A stretch of DNA of 64,000 nt from Fimbriimonadia bacterium (GTDB lineage: Bacteria > Armatimonadota > Fimbriimonadia > Fimbriimonadales > JABRVX01): contig JBGPGO010000014.1 in NCBI GenBank assembly GCA_041483895.1, positions 36,296 to 100,295 of the forward strand, given 5' to 3'. Each line of letters starts with the position of its first letter. The stretch's first letter is position 1. The position numbers and the translations under genes are program-made. This document shows positions 1 through 9,404 of the stretch, one piece after another. The notes below the pieces were generated by a model, which was not told where the DNA came from, did no database searches, and worked only from the letters and a program-made list of their open reading frames with translations.

Positions 1-717
1 GAGCGGGCGGAAGCCCCACTCCACTTTGGTAAGCGTCTTCGGCGGCTTTTGCTTCGCCACCCAATACAGGCCGTGAAGGACAAGCTTCTGGAAACCCTCG
101 TTTCCCCAGGCCCACTTGTCGTGACCCAAATTCGTATAGAAAACCCTTCCTTTCCCAAAGCCCTGGGTCCACGCGGCGGGTTCATTATCCGTTTTCCGTC
201 GCGCCAGAACATCCAGTTTAGCCTTCGGAAAGATATCGTTGACGTAGGTCTCATCGTTGATCAAGAAACCGTCGATCTCTTTGGCGATCGGCGCGGCGGG
301 ACCCTCCGGCATTACTTTGACGCCAAAGACCTCATGCCCGTGCGACTTGAACCGGCCGCCAACCAACTGCCAGTACTTATCGCTGGTCTTGAACGAATCG
401 GACGCGCAGTGCATCCCGATATAGCCCTTCCCACTCGCCACGAAATCGGTGAGACCCTTCTCCTGCAGGGGAGTCAGATCGCCCCCCTGCGTATAAAACA
501 TCGCCACGTCGTAGGCTTTGAGATTGGTCAGGGCTTCACGATCCTGCGTGACGGTCACGTCGAACCCGCCAATCTGGTCCAGCACATGGAGGAGGATCTT
601 GGGATTCTCAACAAAGTCATGATAACCCCCGCCGGTCATGAACAGAATTCGGACCTTGCCGGCAGCAGGGGCCATTGCGGCACTGATGGCTATGAGGAGG
701 ACAATAAGCGTTCGCAT
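1..717 (-). CDS. Secreted ThuA-like domain protein (class I glutamine amidotransferase-like fold); runs off the left edge
   Basis: Hand translation of the minus strand from ATG 717: signal peptide MRTLIVLLIAISAAMAPA, then ILFMTGGGYHDF, GKGYIGMHCASD, GKGRVFYTNLGH; no stop before base 1. Absent from the ORF track because it is truncated. Confidence 0.8.
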   Translation of the reverse strand, partial: MRTLIVLLIAISAAMAPAAGKVRILFMTGGGYHDFVENPKILLHVLDQIGGFDVTVTQDREALTNLKAYDVAMFYTQGGDLTPLQEKGLTDFVASGKGYIGMHCASDSFKTSDKYWQLVGGRFKSHGHEVFGVKVMPEGPAAPIAKEIDGFLINDETYVNDIFPKAKLDVLARRKTDNEPAAWTQGFGKGRVFYTNLGHDKWAWGNEGFQKLVLHGLYWVAKQKPPKTLTKVEWGFRPL

Positions 718-767
718 AGGTCCCAATTTCGCGCTGGCCCGGGCCGTTCCTGCTGTATAGTTGCCGC

Positions 768-1220
768 ATGGAACCCACTCCCCTCAACGAAGCGCTGGCA
801 AACGGTCCCGTCGGGTTCACCGTAGGGGCGAGCGTCAAGGCCGATGTTGGCCGCATTTGGGCCGCGATTACCGAAAAAGAGCACCTGGCAAAATTCTTCG
901 ACATGCTTCCCGAAGAGCCGATGACCCGGACGGGCAGGATGAGGATCGACTGGAATACGGGCACCCCCGACTGGGTCGAGATTAGGGAGGTTGTCCCCAA
1001 TGAGAAGCTGGTTTACGAATGGAACGCCTACAAGCAGCCGTATCGGACGACGGTGACCTACCAGTTGACTCCCAAGGATGACGGGGCGGTCCACGTGCAG
1101 GTCAGCGAAACCGGATGGGAGCTAACCCAGGACGGCGTCGAAAGCTCCCTCGCCGACTGCGAGGGATGGACCCAGTTCGTCGTGCAACTCCGGTTCTATT
1201 TGGAGCATGGGATCGTGTAG
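768..1220 (+). CDS. SRPBCC/AHSA1-like domain protein
   Basis: 150 aa; RIWAAITEKEHLAKFF, EVVPNEKLVYEW and C-terminal EGWTQF..LRFYLE pattern. Confidence 0.8.
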   Translation: MEPTPLNEALANGPVGFTVGASVKADVGRIWAAITEKEHLAKFFDMLPEEPMTRTGRMRIDWNTGTPDWVEIREVVPNEKLVYEWNAYKQPYRTTVTYQLTPKDDGAVHVQVSETGWELTQDGVESSLADCEGWTQFVVQLRFYLEHGIV

Positions 1221-1293
1221 GCCGACTTGCCAAATCCGGTGCGAATTCGAGAGGGCGCCGGCAAATCCCACGGCGCCCCAAAATGGCTAGCGA

Positions 1294-1815
1294 CTAACCG
1301 CCACGTTGCTTGCCCGGCTGGCCGGTCGGTATCTGGATCGGTTTGCCATCGAGAGTCTGAGTTGCCTTGATATTCTCGCCTGACTTCAGCTTCCATCCAT
1401 TCCCGGATTTGATCCAAATGTCTTTCGAGGTGCCATCTATAGCAACCACATGCGGCTTCCCATCGGTCCCGGTCTGTTTGAGCACGATCTTCTGCTCGAC
1501 GGTCGCGATGGCCTGTGATCCCTTAACCGTCACCGACTTCACAGTCGCCACGAGGCGAGTAACGCTCTTCATCATCGAAACCTGGCGCGGGAACATCTGC
1601 TTGGATTGCTCCAATGTAATGGTCATTCCCTTGCCGGTTCGAACATAACTTTTGTCCATGAAAGAAAAATAGGTCTTCGAATCATTGGCGCGCAAAGCCT
1701 TCGTCATCTTGTCGTAATTCCCTTGAATCGTCTTCTTGAGCTGGGCATCTTGCGCCATGGCGCACAAGCACACAGATGCTGCCACCGCGAACGCGGCAAA
1801 TCGTAGATGTTTCAT
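1294..1815 (-). CDS. Secreted NTF2-like/DUF4440-like protein
   Basis: Signal peptide MKHLRFAAFAVAASVCLCAMA; C-terminal SKDIWIKSGNGWKL; AGGAG upstream. Confidence 0.6.
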   Translation of the reverse strand: MKHLRFAAFAVAASVCLCAMAQDAQLKKTIQGNYDKMTKALRANDSKTYFSFMDKSYVRTGKGMTITLEQSKQMFPRQVSMMKSVTRLVATVKSVTVKGSQAIATVEQKIVLKQTGTDGKPHVVAIDGTSKDIWIKSGNGWKLKSGENIKATQTLDGKPIQIPTGQPGKQRGG

Positions 1816-1875
1816 TGTGTCTCCTGGTAGACCGCGCATGCGGCGGTGAATTCGTCTGCATTGTACTCGGCCAGG

Positions 1876-2997
1876 TTAGGGGGCGCCATCAGGCGGACCC
1901 GCGTTTGGGTCTTTTCCAATCCAGCCCTTGCGCCAAAAATAGTATAAAGTTGTGGCCGTGACGGCCGCCATCAGGCACAGTGAGTAGATATAGCCGTACT
2001 TCCAATGCAGTTCAGGAAGATTATAGGGGGAATCCGTCGTGAAGTTCATGCCGTACAGACCGGTAATGAGCGTGAGCGGTATAAAAACGGTGGCGAAGAC
2101 CGTAAGGATGCGCATAACTTCATTCAAGCGGTAGCTCGATTGCGACAGGTAGAGATCCGTCAGATCGGAACCGAGCTCTCTCGACGTCTCAATCAGGTCC
2201 ATCACTCGGACGATATGGTCATAGCAGTCCCGCAAGTAAATTCTTGTGTCGCTGGTGATGCGGGGATTCTCGTCCCGAACGAGCGCATTCACCGCCTCCC
2301 GCAGCGGCCAAATGGCGCGGCGAAGGGTAAGGAGATTGCGTTTGACGCCGTGAAGGTTGGAGACGATGGCGACAGAGGTTCTCACAAGGACTGCAGCCTC
2401 ATAATCCTCCAAGGTCTCCCCAATCCGTTCGAGCAGCGGGAAATAGGCGTCCACGGTCGCATCGAGGATGGAGTACATCAGGTAATCCGATCCTCGCTTG
2501 CGGACCTGGCCCACATCGTTCCGAATGCGAGTTCGCAGGGGGTCGAAGCAATCTCCGCCTGGCTGCTCTTGGAAAGTAATTACAAAATTTGCACCCAGGA
2601 TCATGCACAGCTGCTCATCCTCCAGCCCTTCGCCGAACCGAAAGATAGGCGTGACGATGAAGTAGACATCGCCATACTCCTCGACCTTCGCACGCTGGTT
2701 TCTGTTTGTGATGTCCTCCAGGGCCAGGCGATGGATGCCGAACGCAGCGCCGAATTGCTCCAAAACCGAGGCATCGCCCAGTCCGTCCACGTTGACCCAA
2801 ACCACCGGCCACTGTCCCACAAGGGCGTGGGCTTCCACCACAGAAACGCCCGAAGCCTCGTATATATCTTCGCTGCTGAAGGCAAATACGGTAATCGTGG
2901 AAGGCTGAGAGCCGTCTCTCGGAAGGATCAATCCGGGCGGGGCGCCTATCGGTTGCCGCCTGTGAGCCGGATTCTGGTGTTTCCGCCGTTTGGCCAT
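1876..2997 (-). CDS. corA: Magnesium/cobalt transporter CorA
   Basis: GAPPG N-terminus, WVNVDGL, HRLALEDI..NQRAKVEEY, YGMNF signature, two C-terminal TM helices; start taken at MAKRRKH. Confidence 0.95.
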   Translation of the reverse strand: MAKRRKHQNPAHRRQPIGAPPGLILPRDGSQPSTITVFAFSSEDIYEASGVSVVEAHALVGQWPVVWVNVDGLGDASVLEQFGAAFGIHRLALEDITNRNQRAKVEEYGDVYFIVTPIFRFGEGLEDEQLCMILGANFVITFQEQPGGDCFDPLRTRIRNDVGQVRKRGSDYLMYSILDATVDAYFPLLERIGETLEDYEAAVLVRTSVAIVSNLHGVKRNLLTLRRAIWPLREAVNALVRDENPRITSDTRIYLRDCYDHIVRVMDLIETSRELGSDLTDLYLSQSSYRLNEVMRILTVFATVFIPLTLITGLYGMNFTTDSPYNLPELHWKYGYIYSLCLMAAVTATTLYYFWRKGWIGKDPNAGPPDGAP

Positions 2998-3058
2998 TTC
3001 GTTACAGAGTTCCCCGAAACTTCCCGGCTTCCTTGGCTGTATACTTTGGCATTGCGAA

Positions 3059-3877
3059 ATGCTGGAGGGGTCATCCGCTTTGCTCGCGCTGCTTAGCTTC
3101 CAAAACCTGCTTACGCTGCTTACTCTGACCGGCCTGGAAATCGTGCTCGGCATCGACAACATCGTCGTCCTCGCGATTATCACGAACCGGCTGGAGAAGA
3201 AACAGCGGCCTCGCGCGCGAAAAATCGGCCTCGGGCTTGCCATGCTGATGCGGATCGCCCTTCTCCTGTCCCTCATCTGGGCTGTCTCACTCACAAAGCC
3301 TCTGTTCTATCTGTTCGGCGCTGGGATATCCGGCAAAGGCGTGGTGCTGATCGCAGGCGGGATCTTCTTGATCATCAAGTCCACGTACTACATCTACGAA
3401 AAATTCCGGGATGCTGCCGAGGGGAAGAAACGGAAGCATCACAAGCCGGGGAGTTTTACGTCGGCGATCATTCAGATTGTCGTGCTCGACCTCGTCTTCT
3501 CGCTCGATTCCGTGATCACAGCGGTCGGGCTATCCCAGATTGTTGCGATCATGGTGACCGCAATCGTGATTGCGGTCCTTATCATGATGCTGTTCGCCGG
3601 GCCGGTTGGCGACTTTGTGGAGAAGTACCCGACGTTGGAAGTCCTCGCGCTCACCTTCCTGATTGTTGTTGGAGTCGTCCTCACTTCCGAGGGTTTCGGA
3701 TATCCCATCGACCACGGATACATTTACACCGCTCTCGGCTTTGCATTGGTAGTGGAAGTGATTAATAATAAGCTGTTTTCGTCAAACCGGCGAACGCTTC
3801 GTCCGGAAACCGCGAAAGAACTTGCGGGCGCGCCAGCGGCTACTCTCTCCGGTGCGCCGACCGAAATTCCAAAATAA
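3059..3877 (+). CDS. TerC family membrane protein
   Basis: LEIVLGIDN, DLVFSLDSVITAVG motifs; multiple TM helices. Confidence 0.93.
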   Translation: MLEGSSALLALLSFQNLLTLLTLTGLEIVLGIDNIVVLAIITNRLEKKQRPRARKIGLGLAMLMRIALLLSLIWAVSLTKPLFYLFGAGISGKGVVLIAGGIFLIIKSTYYIYEKFRDAAEGKKRKHHKPGSFTSAIIQIVVLDLVFSLDSVITAVGLSQIVAIMVTAIVIAVLIMMLFAGPVGDFVEKYPTLEVLALTFLIVVGVVLTSEGFGYPIDHGYIYTALGFALVVEVINNKLFSSNRRTLRPETAKELAGAPAATLSGAPTEIPK

Positions 3878-5201
3878 GCGGCGACCCTTCCAGCGGATAC
3901 TCTTGCCGGATTCGGTTCTGCAGATACCGCTGGTAGGAGAAGTGGACGATTTTCGGGTCGTTCACAAAAATCACAACAGTCGGCGGCTGGGTCTTGGCCA
4001 TCGTCGCGTAATAGGTTTTCAATGCCTTGCCTTTATGAGTGTAGGGCTTTTCATAGGTCGCGTCGTGCAGGATGCGGTTGAGGACGCCGGTTGTGATCCG
4101 TGTATTGTAGTTTTCGTACGCTTCAATGCAGGTGTCCATGAACGCATCGATCCCGATGCCGAGTTTGGCGCTCGTAAAGCAGATGGGTGTATAGGCCAAG
4201 TGGGGAGCGTCCTGGTGGATGACGTCCGCGAACTCTTTCTTCAGCTTCGTGCGCGCGTTCGGCCTTCCATCCGGCGGCTCCACCAGATCCCATTTGTTGG
4301 CTACCCACACGACGGCCCGTTTCGCTTCATGCGCGATACCGGCGGCACGGTTGTCACCGTCCGTGAACCCCTCGGACGCATCGCAGACGACCGCGCACAC
4401 CTCCGACCTCTCCGCAGCCCGCTTGGCCCGCAGCGCCATGTAGAATTCGAAGCTGCCTTGTACTCTGCCTGGCCGGCGGAGACCCGCGGTGTCGATCAGA
4501 GAGAGCTCTTCGCCTTTCCAGGTAAACGGGGTATCGATTGCGTCGCGCGTGGTTCCCGGTATCGCGCTGACGATCGTTCTGTCCTCGCCCAGAACTGCAT
4601 TGACGAGGGAACTTTTGCCGACGTTCGGACGTCCGATAACGGCGAGACGGATCGGTTCGCGCGTTTCCGGTTCTTCCTGAAATGATGGGAGCTGAAATAC
4701 GAGTTCATCCAGCAATTCGCCGACACCGTGGCTATGGATGGAAGAGATTGGATACGGCTTACCGTATCCCAGAGCGAAGAATTCCGCGCTCATGTCTTCC
4801 AGATTTCGGTTATCCGCTTTGTTTACGACCAGAAGAATCGGAACCTTGATGGGACGCAGCAGATTTGCCAGTTCTTCATCCGCTGGATTGATACCGTCTT
4901 TCGCGTCCACCATGAACAGCACGACGTCCGCTTCGGCCAACGCGACGTTCGCCTGTAAACGAATCTGTTCGGAAAGCTCATCACTGTACGTGGTAATTCC
5001 ACCAGTATCGACCACTGTAAAACGGCGGCCGTTCCAATCGGCTTCGCCATACAGCCGATCCCTAGTAATACCGGGAGTGTCTTCGACAACCGCAACGCGG
5101 CGGCCAATGAGACGATTAAATAGGGTAGATTTGCCGACATTCGGGCGGCCCGTGATGACCGCTACAGGCAAACGCGGTGATTCACGGTCTGGGCCTACCA
5201 T
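3840..5201 (-). CDS. der: Ribosome biogenesis GTPase Der (EngA)
   Basis: Two GTPase domains (GRPNVGKS twice, DTGG/DTAG, NKAD/NKWD) and a KH-like C-terminus with YQRYL. Confidence 0.97.
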   Translation of the reverse strand: MVGPDRESPRLPVAVITGRPNVGKSTLFNRLIGRRVAVVEDTPGITRDRLYGEADWNGRRFTVVDTGGITTYSDELSEQIRLQANVALAEADVVLFMVDAKDGINPADEELANLLRPIKVPILLVVNKADNRNLEDMSAEFFALGYGKPYPISSIHSHGVGELLDELVFQLPSFQEEPETREPIRLAVIGRPNVGKSSLVNAVLGEDRTIVSAIPGTTRDAIDTPFTWKGEELSLIDTAGLRRPGRVQGSFEFYMALRAKRAAERSEVCAVVCDASEGFTDGDNRAAGIAHEAKRAVVWVANKWDLVEPPDGRPNARTKLKKEFADVIHQDAPHLAYTPICFTSAKLGIGIDAFMDTCIEAYENYNTRITTGVLNRILHDATYEKPYTHKGKALKTYYATMAKTQPPTVVIFVNDPKIVHFSYQRYLQNRIRQEYPLEGSPLILEFRSAHRRE

Positions 5202-5309
5202 AGCGCGGCTATGTTGGCACATTTGGCGGGGGAATGTCAAATGTGCCGACATCAGTACCGGTTCCGGTTTGCATTGCATGTGGAATGACAAGAAGGGTGA
5301 GGTACCTTC

Positions 5310-7286
5310 ATGAAACTGCACGTCAGTCTTGCTGTCGCAGTTTTGGCCTCGCTTGGCGCCGCCGTGCTTTTCGGCACGCCTTGCGGCGCGCAATCGATGC
5401 CGAAACTGCTTAATTTAATAGAAGGTCGAGGCGACCTTGACGCCGATTGGTCGGGGGATGGGGTCGCGGACAGATGGAGTGCCACGTTCAGCTCGGCGGT
5501 GTTTACGCCAAGCGTCGTGGCAGAATCGCCATACCGCGGTAATCGGTGCCAAAAAGTCGTTATCAATAAGAACGATTCCAATACGTATTCCTTAAATCTC
5601 TGGACAACGATTAATACGGATAATTCCGTCCTGCGATCCGGGACTCGATTGAAAGTTTCGTTTTGGTACAAGACGTCGTCGTCAATGCAAAACGTGCAAT
5701 GGAAAATCTATTACAACGGAGTCAACGTCGACCTATCCGGTGACTACTACGAAATCCGTAGGTTGACCAACCTCGCTCCACAATCATCCTGGAAGCAGTG
5801 GACGGGTGAATGCACAGTCAAAGACACCTCCATCTCGGCGAATATTGGGATTTACCTCTACTCAACCGCCGGCCAATCAACCGGGACATTTTATGTGGAC
5901 GACGTTCAAGTTACCGACGGGCGGTTGGTTCTGCCAAAGCTTAAGAAGGACCTCAAGCTTTATCTTTGCTATTTGCCGTACGTTAACTGGATAGAAACCG
6001 TTCGTCTTTTTGACGGATGCAGTTTTCATGGCGGAGATGACTTTGCCGCAGTCCAACACACGGACCCAACATTTCGCACCGCGATATTTACAAGGGTGAC
6101 CTATGTGTGGCAAGGCTACAGCGAGTCGCCAGAGAATCCCTTTACCTATGACTGGATTCTGGCGAACCATCCCGATTGGTTCTTGACGGATTCGCAAGGG
6201 AACAAAATCCATGCAGGTGTCGAATATGCGTTGGACTTCGGCAACACGAGCTATCAGCAGGCGCTGCTGGCGAAGCTGCAGTCAATGGCGGGTCGGGAAA
6301 ACTACCAGGCACTGTTCCTGGATGCTTTCGGCCCCTTTGCCGATTCGAATCACGTCGGCACCGGCAGGCCATCGCAATATCCCACGGATGCCCAATGGGT
6401 TGCCGCCGTCACAGCATTCTTTCAGGCGTTGCAACCGTTGAGGCAGCAGGGCATCAAGCTGTACCCTAATCTCGCGCACGTCAGCAACTATGAAGAGCCG
6501 GGAGTTACATGGTTCTCGCTCGTCGATGGGGCCGTATTTGAGTGGGGATATGCTATGAAGGCCGTAGACACGGGGCTGTTGACCTACGGGACGTGGGATT
6601 CCTGGAAGTACAAATTCCTTAGCTCCGCAACGAACACAACGAAGCTTTTGGTGGTGAACCACCAACTCCCGCTGGATTGGAAAGATCAGCGCAGATTTGC
6701 GCTGGCAAGCTATCTGTGCAGCATGACAGATTGGGACTACCTGGGTATGGTGCCGAACGAATCTTCGACCTATTGGGTAACGGACTTCGAAGCGCCGTAT
6801 GGTACGCCAACCGGTCCCTACCAAATCATTGCGGGCGACATGAACACGGGCGCGGTAGTCAAGCGCACGTTTACAAACAGCACTGTCATCGCCAACCCGA
6901 CCGATTCGATCACCTATAACTATAATGTCATCGGATCATATAAGGACCTGGACGGCAACATCGTAGCCAACAAGACGGTATCAATACCACCAAAGGGATC
7001 GCTCATACTGATCAACGCGCCGAATATTCAAATCGCTCTGGCCGCGACGCCGGCGACGGCAGCGCCCGGTGAAATCGTGACGTACACGGTCACCTATACC
7101 AACATTGGCACCGCCAATGCCAAGAACACGTACGTCAGCGCCCCGATTCCCGCCTGGTCGACCTACTATGCCGTTCTCAACGGCGGTGTATACGATAGCA
7201 TAAACAAGAAGGTAGTTTGGACGATATCGAATTTGGCGGCGGGAGCATCGGGAACCGTTTCGTTCAAGGTCAAGATCATGCAGTAG
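5310..7286 (+). CDS. Secreted putative glycoside hydrolase: CBM-like N-domain, TIM-barrel-like core, C-terminal DUF11 Ig-like domain
   Basis: Signal peptide; FYVDDVQV carbohydrate-binding-like end; HPDWFLTDSQG...YALDFGN...LFLD; VVKRTFTNSTVIANPT; PGEIVTYTVTYTNIG. Confidence 0.65.
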   Translation: MKLHVSLAVAVLASLGAAVLFGTPCGAQSMPKLLNLIEGRGDLDADWSGDGVADRWSATFSSAVFTPSVVAESPYRGNRCQKVVINKNDSNTYSLNLWTTINTDNSVLRSGTRLKVSFWYKTSSSMQNVQWKIYYNGVNVDLSGDYYEIRRLTNLAPQSSWKQWTGECTVKDTSISANIGIYLYSTAGQSTGTFYVDDVQVTDGRLVLPKLKKDLKLYLCYLPYVNWIETVRLFDGCSFHGGDDFAAVQHTDPTFRTAIFTRVTYVWQGYSESPENPFTYDWILANHPDWFLTDSQGNKIHAGVEYALDFGNTSYQQALLAKLQSMAGRENYQALFLDAFGPFADSNHVGTGRPSQYPTDAQWVAAVTAFFQALQPLRQQGIKLYPNLAHVSNYEEPGVTWFSLVDGAVFEWGYAMKAVDTGLLTYGTWDSWKYKFLSSATNTTKLLVVNHQLPLDWKDQRRFALASYLCSMTDWDYLGMVPNESSTYWVTDFEAPYGTPTGPYQIIAGDMNTGAVVKRTFTNSTVIANPTDSITYNYNVIGSYKDLDGNIVANKTVSIPPKGSLILINAPNIQIALAATPATAAPGEIVTYTVTYTNIGTANAKNTYVSAPIPAWSTYYAVLNGGVYDSINKKVVWTISNLAAGASGTVSFKVKIMQ

Positions 7287-8550
7287 GTGCGGGTTCGGGC
7301 CGCCATTTCGCGAGGACGGCACAGAAGAACATCAGAAGGAATGGCGCAAGCGGAAGCAGATAGCGAGTCGACCCGCTGAAAACGCCCGCGACCAAAAGCA
7401 GCGTGACAGACAAATAGGTAAACGGCACAAAATGGGTCTTGTATCGCCTCCGTGCGAGACCATAGCCCCGTAGGCTGATCGCTACGTAGAGAATGAACAG
7501 CGCTTCGGCCAACCGCACGGCGATCATCGGAATGCGAAAATTCTTCTTCCCCGCTTCCGAATAGCCGACCGGGGACAGCGTCAGATAATACTTCTCAGCT
7601 TCCAATTGCGGAATCTTTTCCGGATTGGCGGCCAGCCACTCCATTCCTAACCGGTTGAGATAGGCATCTTTCTCCAATATCGACATGTCTTTGGATTCGG
7701 CCCAAATATGCACCTCACGATCGCCGATCCACCAGGGATCGGGCGGCAACATGGCGCTCCCGTGTGAGAGCGGATTATTCGCCATCACGAACAGAAGTCC
7801 GCTGAGAGCCACGGGCACAAAGCCGCCATAAACCCTCTCGTTCCGGTAGGTCCATGGTGCGATTACCAATCCGGCGAAGAGCAAAATGATGACTGGAACG
7901 ATGACGCGCCGCTTCTGACGAAGTTGGAACGCGAGCCACATTACATACAGAAATGTGACCGGCAAAAAGGTCGGCCGTGTCAGGCTGAGCATTCCCAGCA
8001 CCACGCCCGTCACGATTGCCAGTCTCGGCGTGAATCCGTCGCGCAGCCCTTTCAGATGCAAGAGAAACCAGACGGCAAGCAACAGGATTAGTAAGCACTC
8101 TGTATACAGCCAGCCCGAGGTCTGCAGGAGCTGCGGCTGAATGATGGCGAGGCCGAGGAACCAAAGTCCCACCCGTTCGCCGAACAGGTGACGGCAACTG
8201 ACGAAAAACAGGCCGACTGAGATGATAGCCCAAATGGCTTGCAGCATTCGAATCGACTGCGGCCTGTGGCCAATCACCTTATATACTGTGCCGACGATCA
8301 CCGAATAAAGCGGTGCACGGTACTCGTGCAATCCAACGGACTCCGGCGTGGTCTTTACGCCAATCTCATTGGTCTGCGCAAATTGCCATGCCGCCTCGTC
8401 GTAGTTGGTCGCATCACCGTAAAGCGGGTTCTTCTTGAGAAACGGATCGACCCTTGTGGCAACCAACCCATAGCCGAGCCGGACGACGATCAGAATAATC
8501 AAAAGCAGCTGTGCCCGCCCTTGGAAGCGAAAATCGAACGGCCTATCCAG
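7276..8550 (-). CDS. ArnT/PMT-like (GT-C fold) membrane glycosyltransferase
   Basis: GDATNYD, YRAPLY, LYTECL, LTRP, PWTYRN, TRYLLP; many TM helices. Start uncertain (CTG 8550 or TTG 8502). Confidence 0.8.
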   Translation of the reverse strand: MDRPFDFRFQGRAQLLLIILIVVRLGYGLVATRVDPFLKKNPLYGDATNYDEAAWQFAQTNEIGVKTTPESVGLHEYRAPLYSVIVGTVYKVIGHRPQSIRMLQAIWAIISVGLFFVSCRHLFGERVGLWFLGLAIIQPQLLQTSGWLYTECLLILLLAVWFLLHLKGLRDGFTPRLAIVTGVVLGMLSLTRPTFLPVTFLYVMWLAFQLRQKRRVIVPVIILLFAGLVIAPWTYRNERVYGGFVPVALSGLLFVMANNPLSHGSAMLPPDPWWIGDREVHIWAESKDMSILEKDAYLNRLGMEWLAANPEKIPQLEAEKYYLTLSPVGYSEAGKKNFRIPMIAVRLAEALFILYVAISLRGYGLARRRYKTHFVPFTYLSVTLLLVAGVFSGSTRYLLPLAPFLLMFFCAVLAKWRPEPAPTA

Positions 8551-9310
8551 ATGCGGCCTCTTGCATGGGTGGAGCGCTTGGCGGGTCGAGGGGCAAAAAG
8601 ACCGGCTGATCGTACGGGGCGGGCCGGCTTCGGAATCGGCGAGCGATCAGGAACCAGATATCGCACAATCCGACCAAGATCGCCTTGTGCCACGCGTGGA
8701 AGTGTGACTTCCCTACCCGAGGAGCATAATGGATGTGCTCCTCGCCAAATTTGACGTTCGGGTTGATGATGCCTTCAATCTTGATCTCGCTGCTGAACTC
8801 CCACGAGCTGCCGCGAAGATCGAAAAGCGCCAGCCTGTTGCGACGCATCACCCACATGCCTGATTGGCTGTCCTTCAGAAACTTGCCATAGATTATTCCG
8901 AAGCAGATATTTAGGACCTGGTTGCCGAATACGTTTCGACCGCTCATCGCGGTCTTGTCTTCGAGCGGGAATCGCGCGCCACTCAAGAAATCCAAGTTGC
9001 GGTCGTGCATGGATTGAACGAGACGGCCGATCTCAGTTACCGGGTACGTGCCGTCGCCGTCCAAAGTCACGATCACGTCTCCGGTCGCCGCCCTCATGCC
9101 ACCCTTCAGGGCCTCGCCATATCCCTGCTCTTTCACGAATATCACCCGCGCTCCGGCGGCGGTCGCAACCGCTGACGTGTCGTCGGTCGAATTATTGTCC
9201 GCGACGACGATTTCGTCTACGTACTCCGGGATGCTCTGGACAACTGGACCGATGCCGTCGCCTTCGTTATATGCGGGGATAACCGCGCTGATTTTGTAGC
9301 CACAATGCAT
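8543..9310 (-). CDS. Glycosyltransferase family 2 (polyprenol-phosphate glycosyl synthase-like)
   Basis: VIPAYNE, VADNNSTDDT, QGYGEA, LDGDGTY, DSQSGM, YAPRVGKS. Confidence 0.92.
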   Translation of the reverse strand: MHCGYKISAVIPAYNEGDGIGPVVQSIPEYVDEIVVADNNSTDDTSAVATAAGARVIFVKEQGYGEALKGGMRAATGDVIVTLDGDGTYPVTEIGRLVQSMHDRNLDFLSGARFPLEDKTAMSGRNVFGNQVLNICFGIIYGKFLKDSQSGMWVMRRNRLALFDLRGSSWEFSSEIKIEGIINPNVKFGEEHIHYAPRVGKSHFHAWHKAILVGLCDIWFLIARRFRSRPAPYDQPVFLPLDPPSAPPMQEAASG

Positions 9311-9404
9311 AGTATTTATACCAGGGAGTGCTGTCCGAGTGCCTGGCCGACGGGCGAAAGTATACCAGGCGTGGGTATTTCGGAATCTAGGCGCATTGGC
9401 CCGG

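Noticed and set aside
49..825. 258-aa plus-strand ORF
   Set aside because: Antisense shadow of the ThuA-like gene on the minus strand (1-717), which has a signal peptide and family motifs
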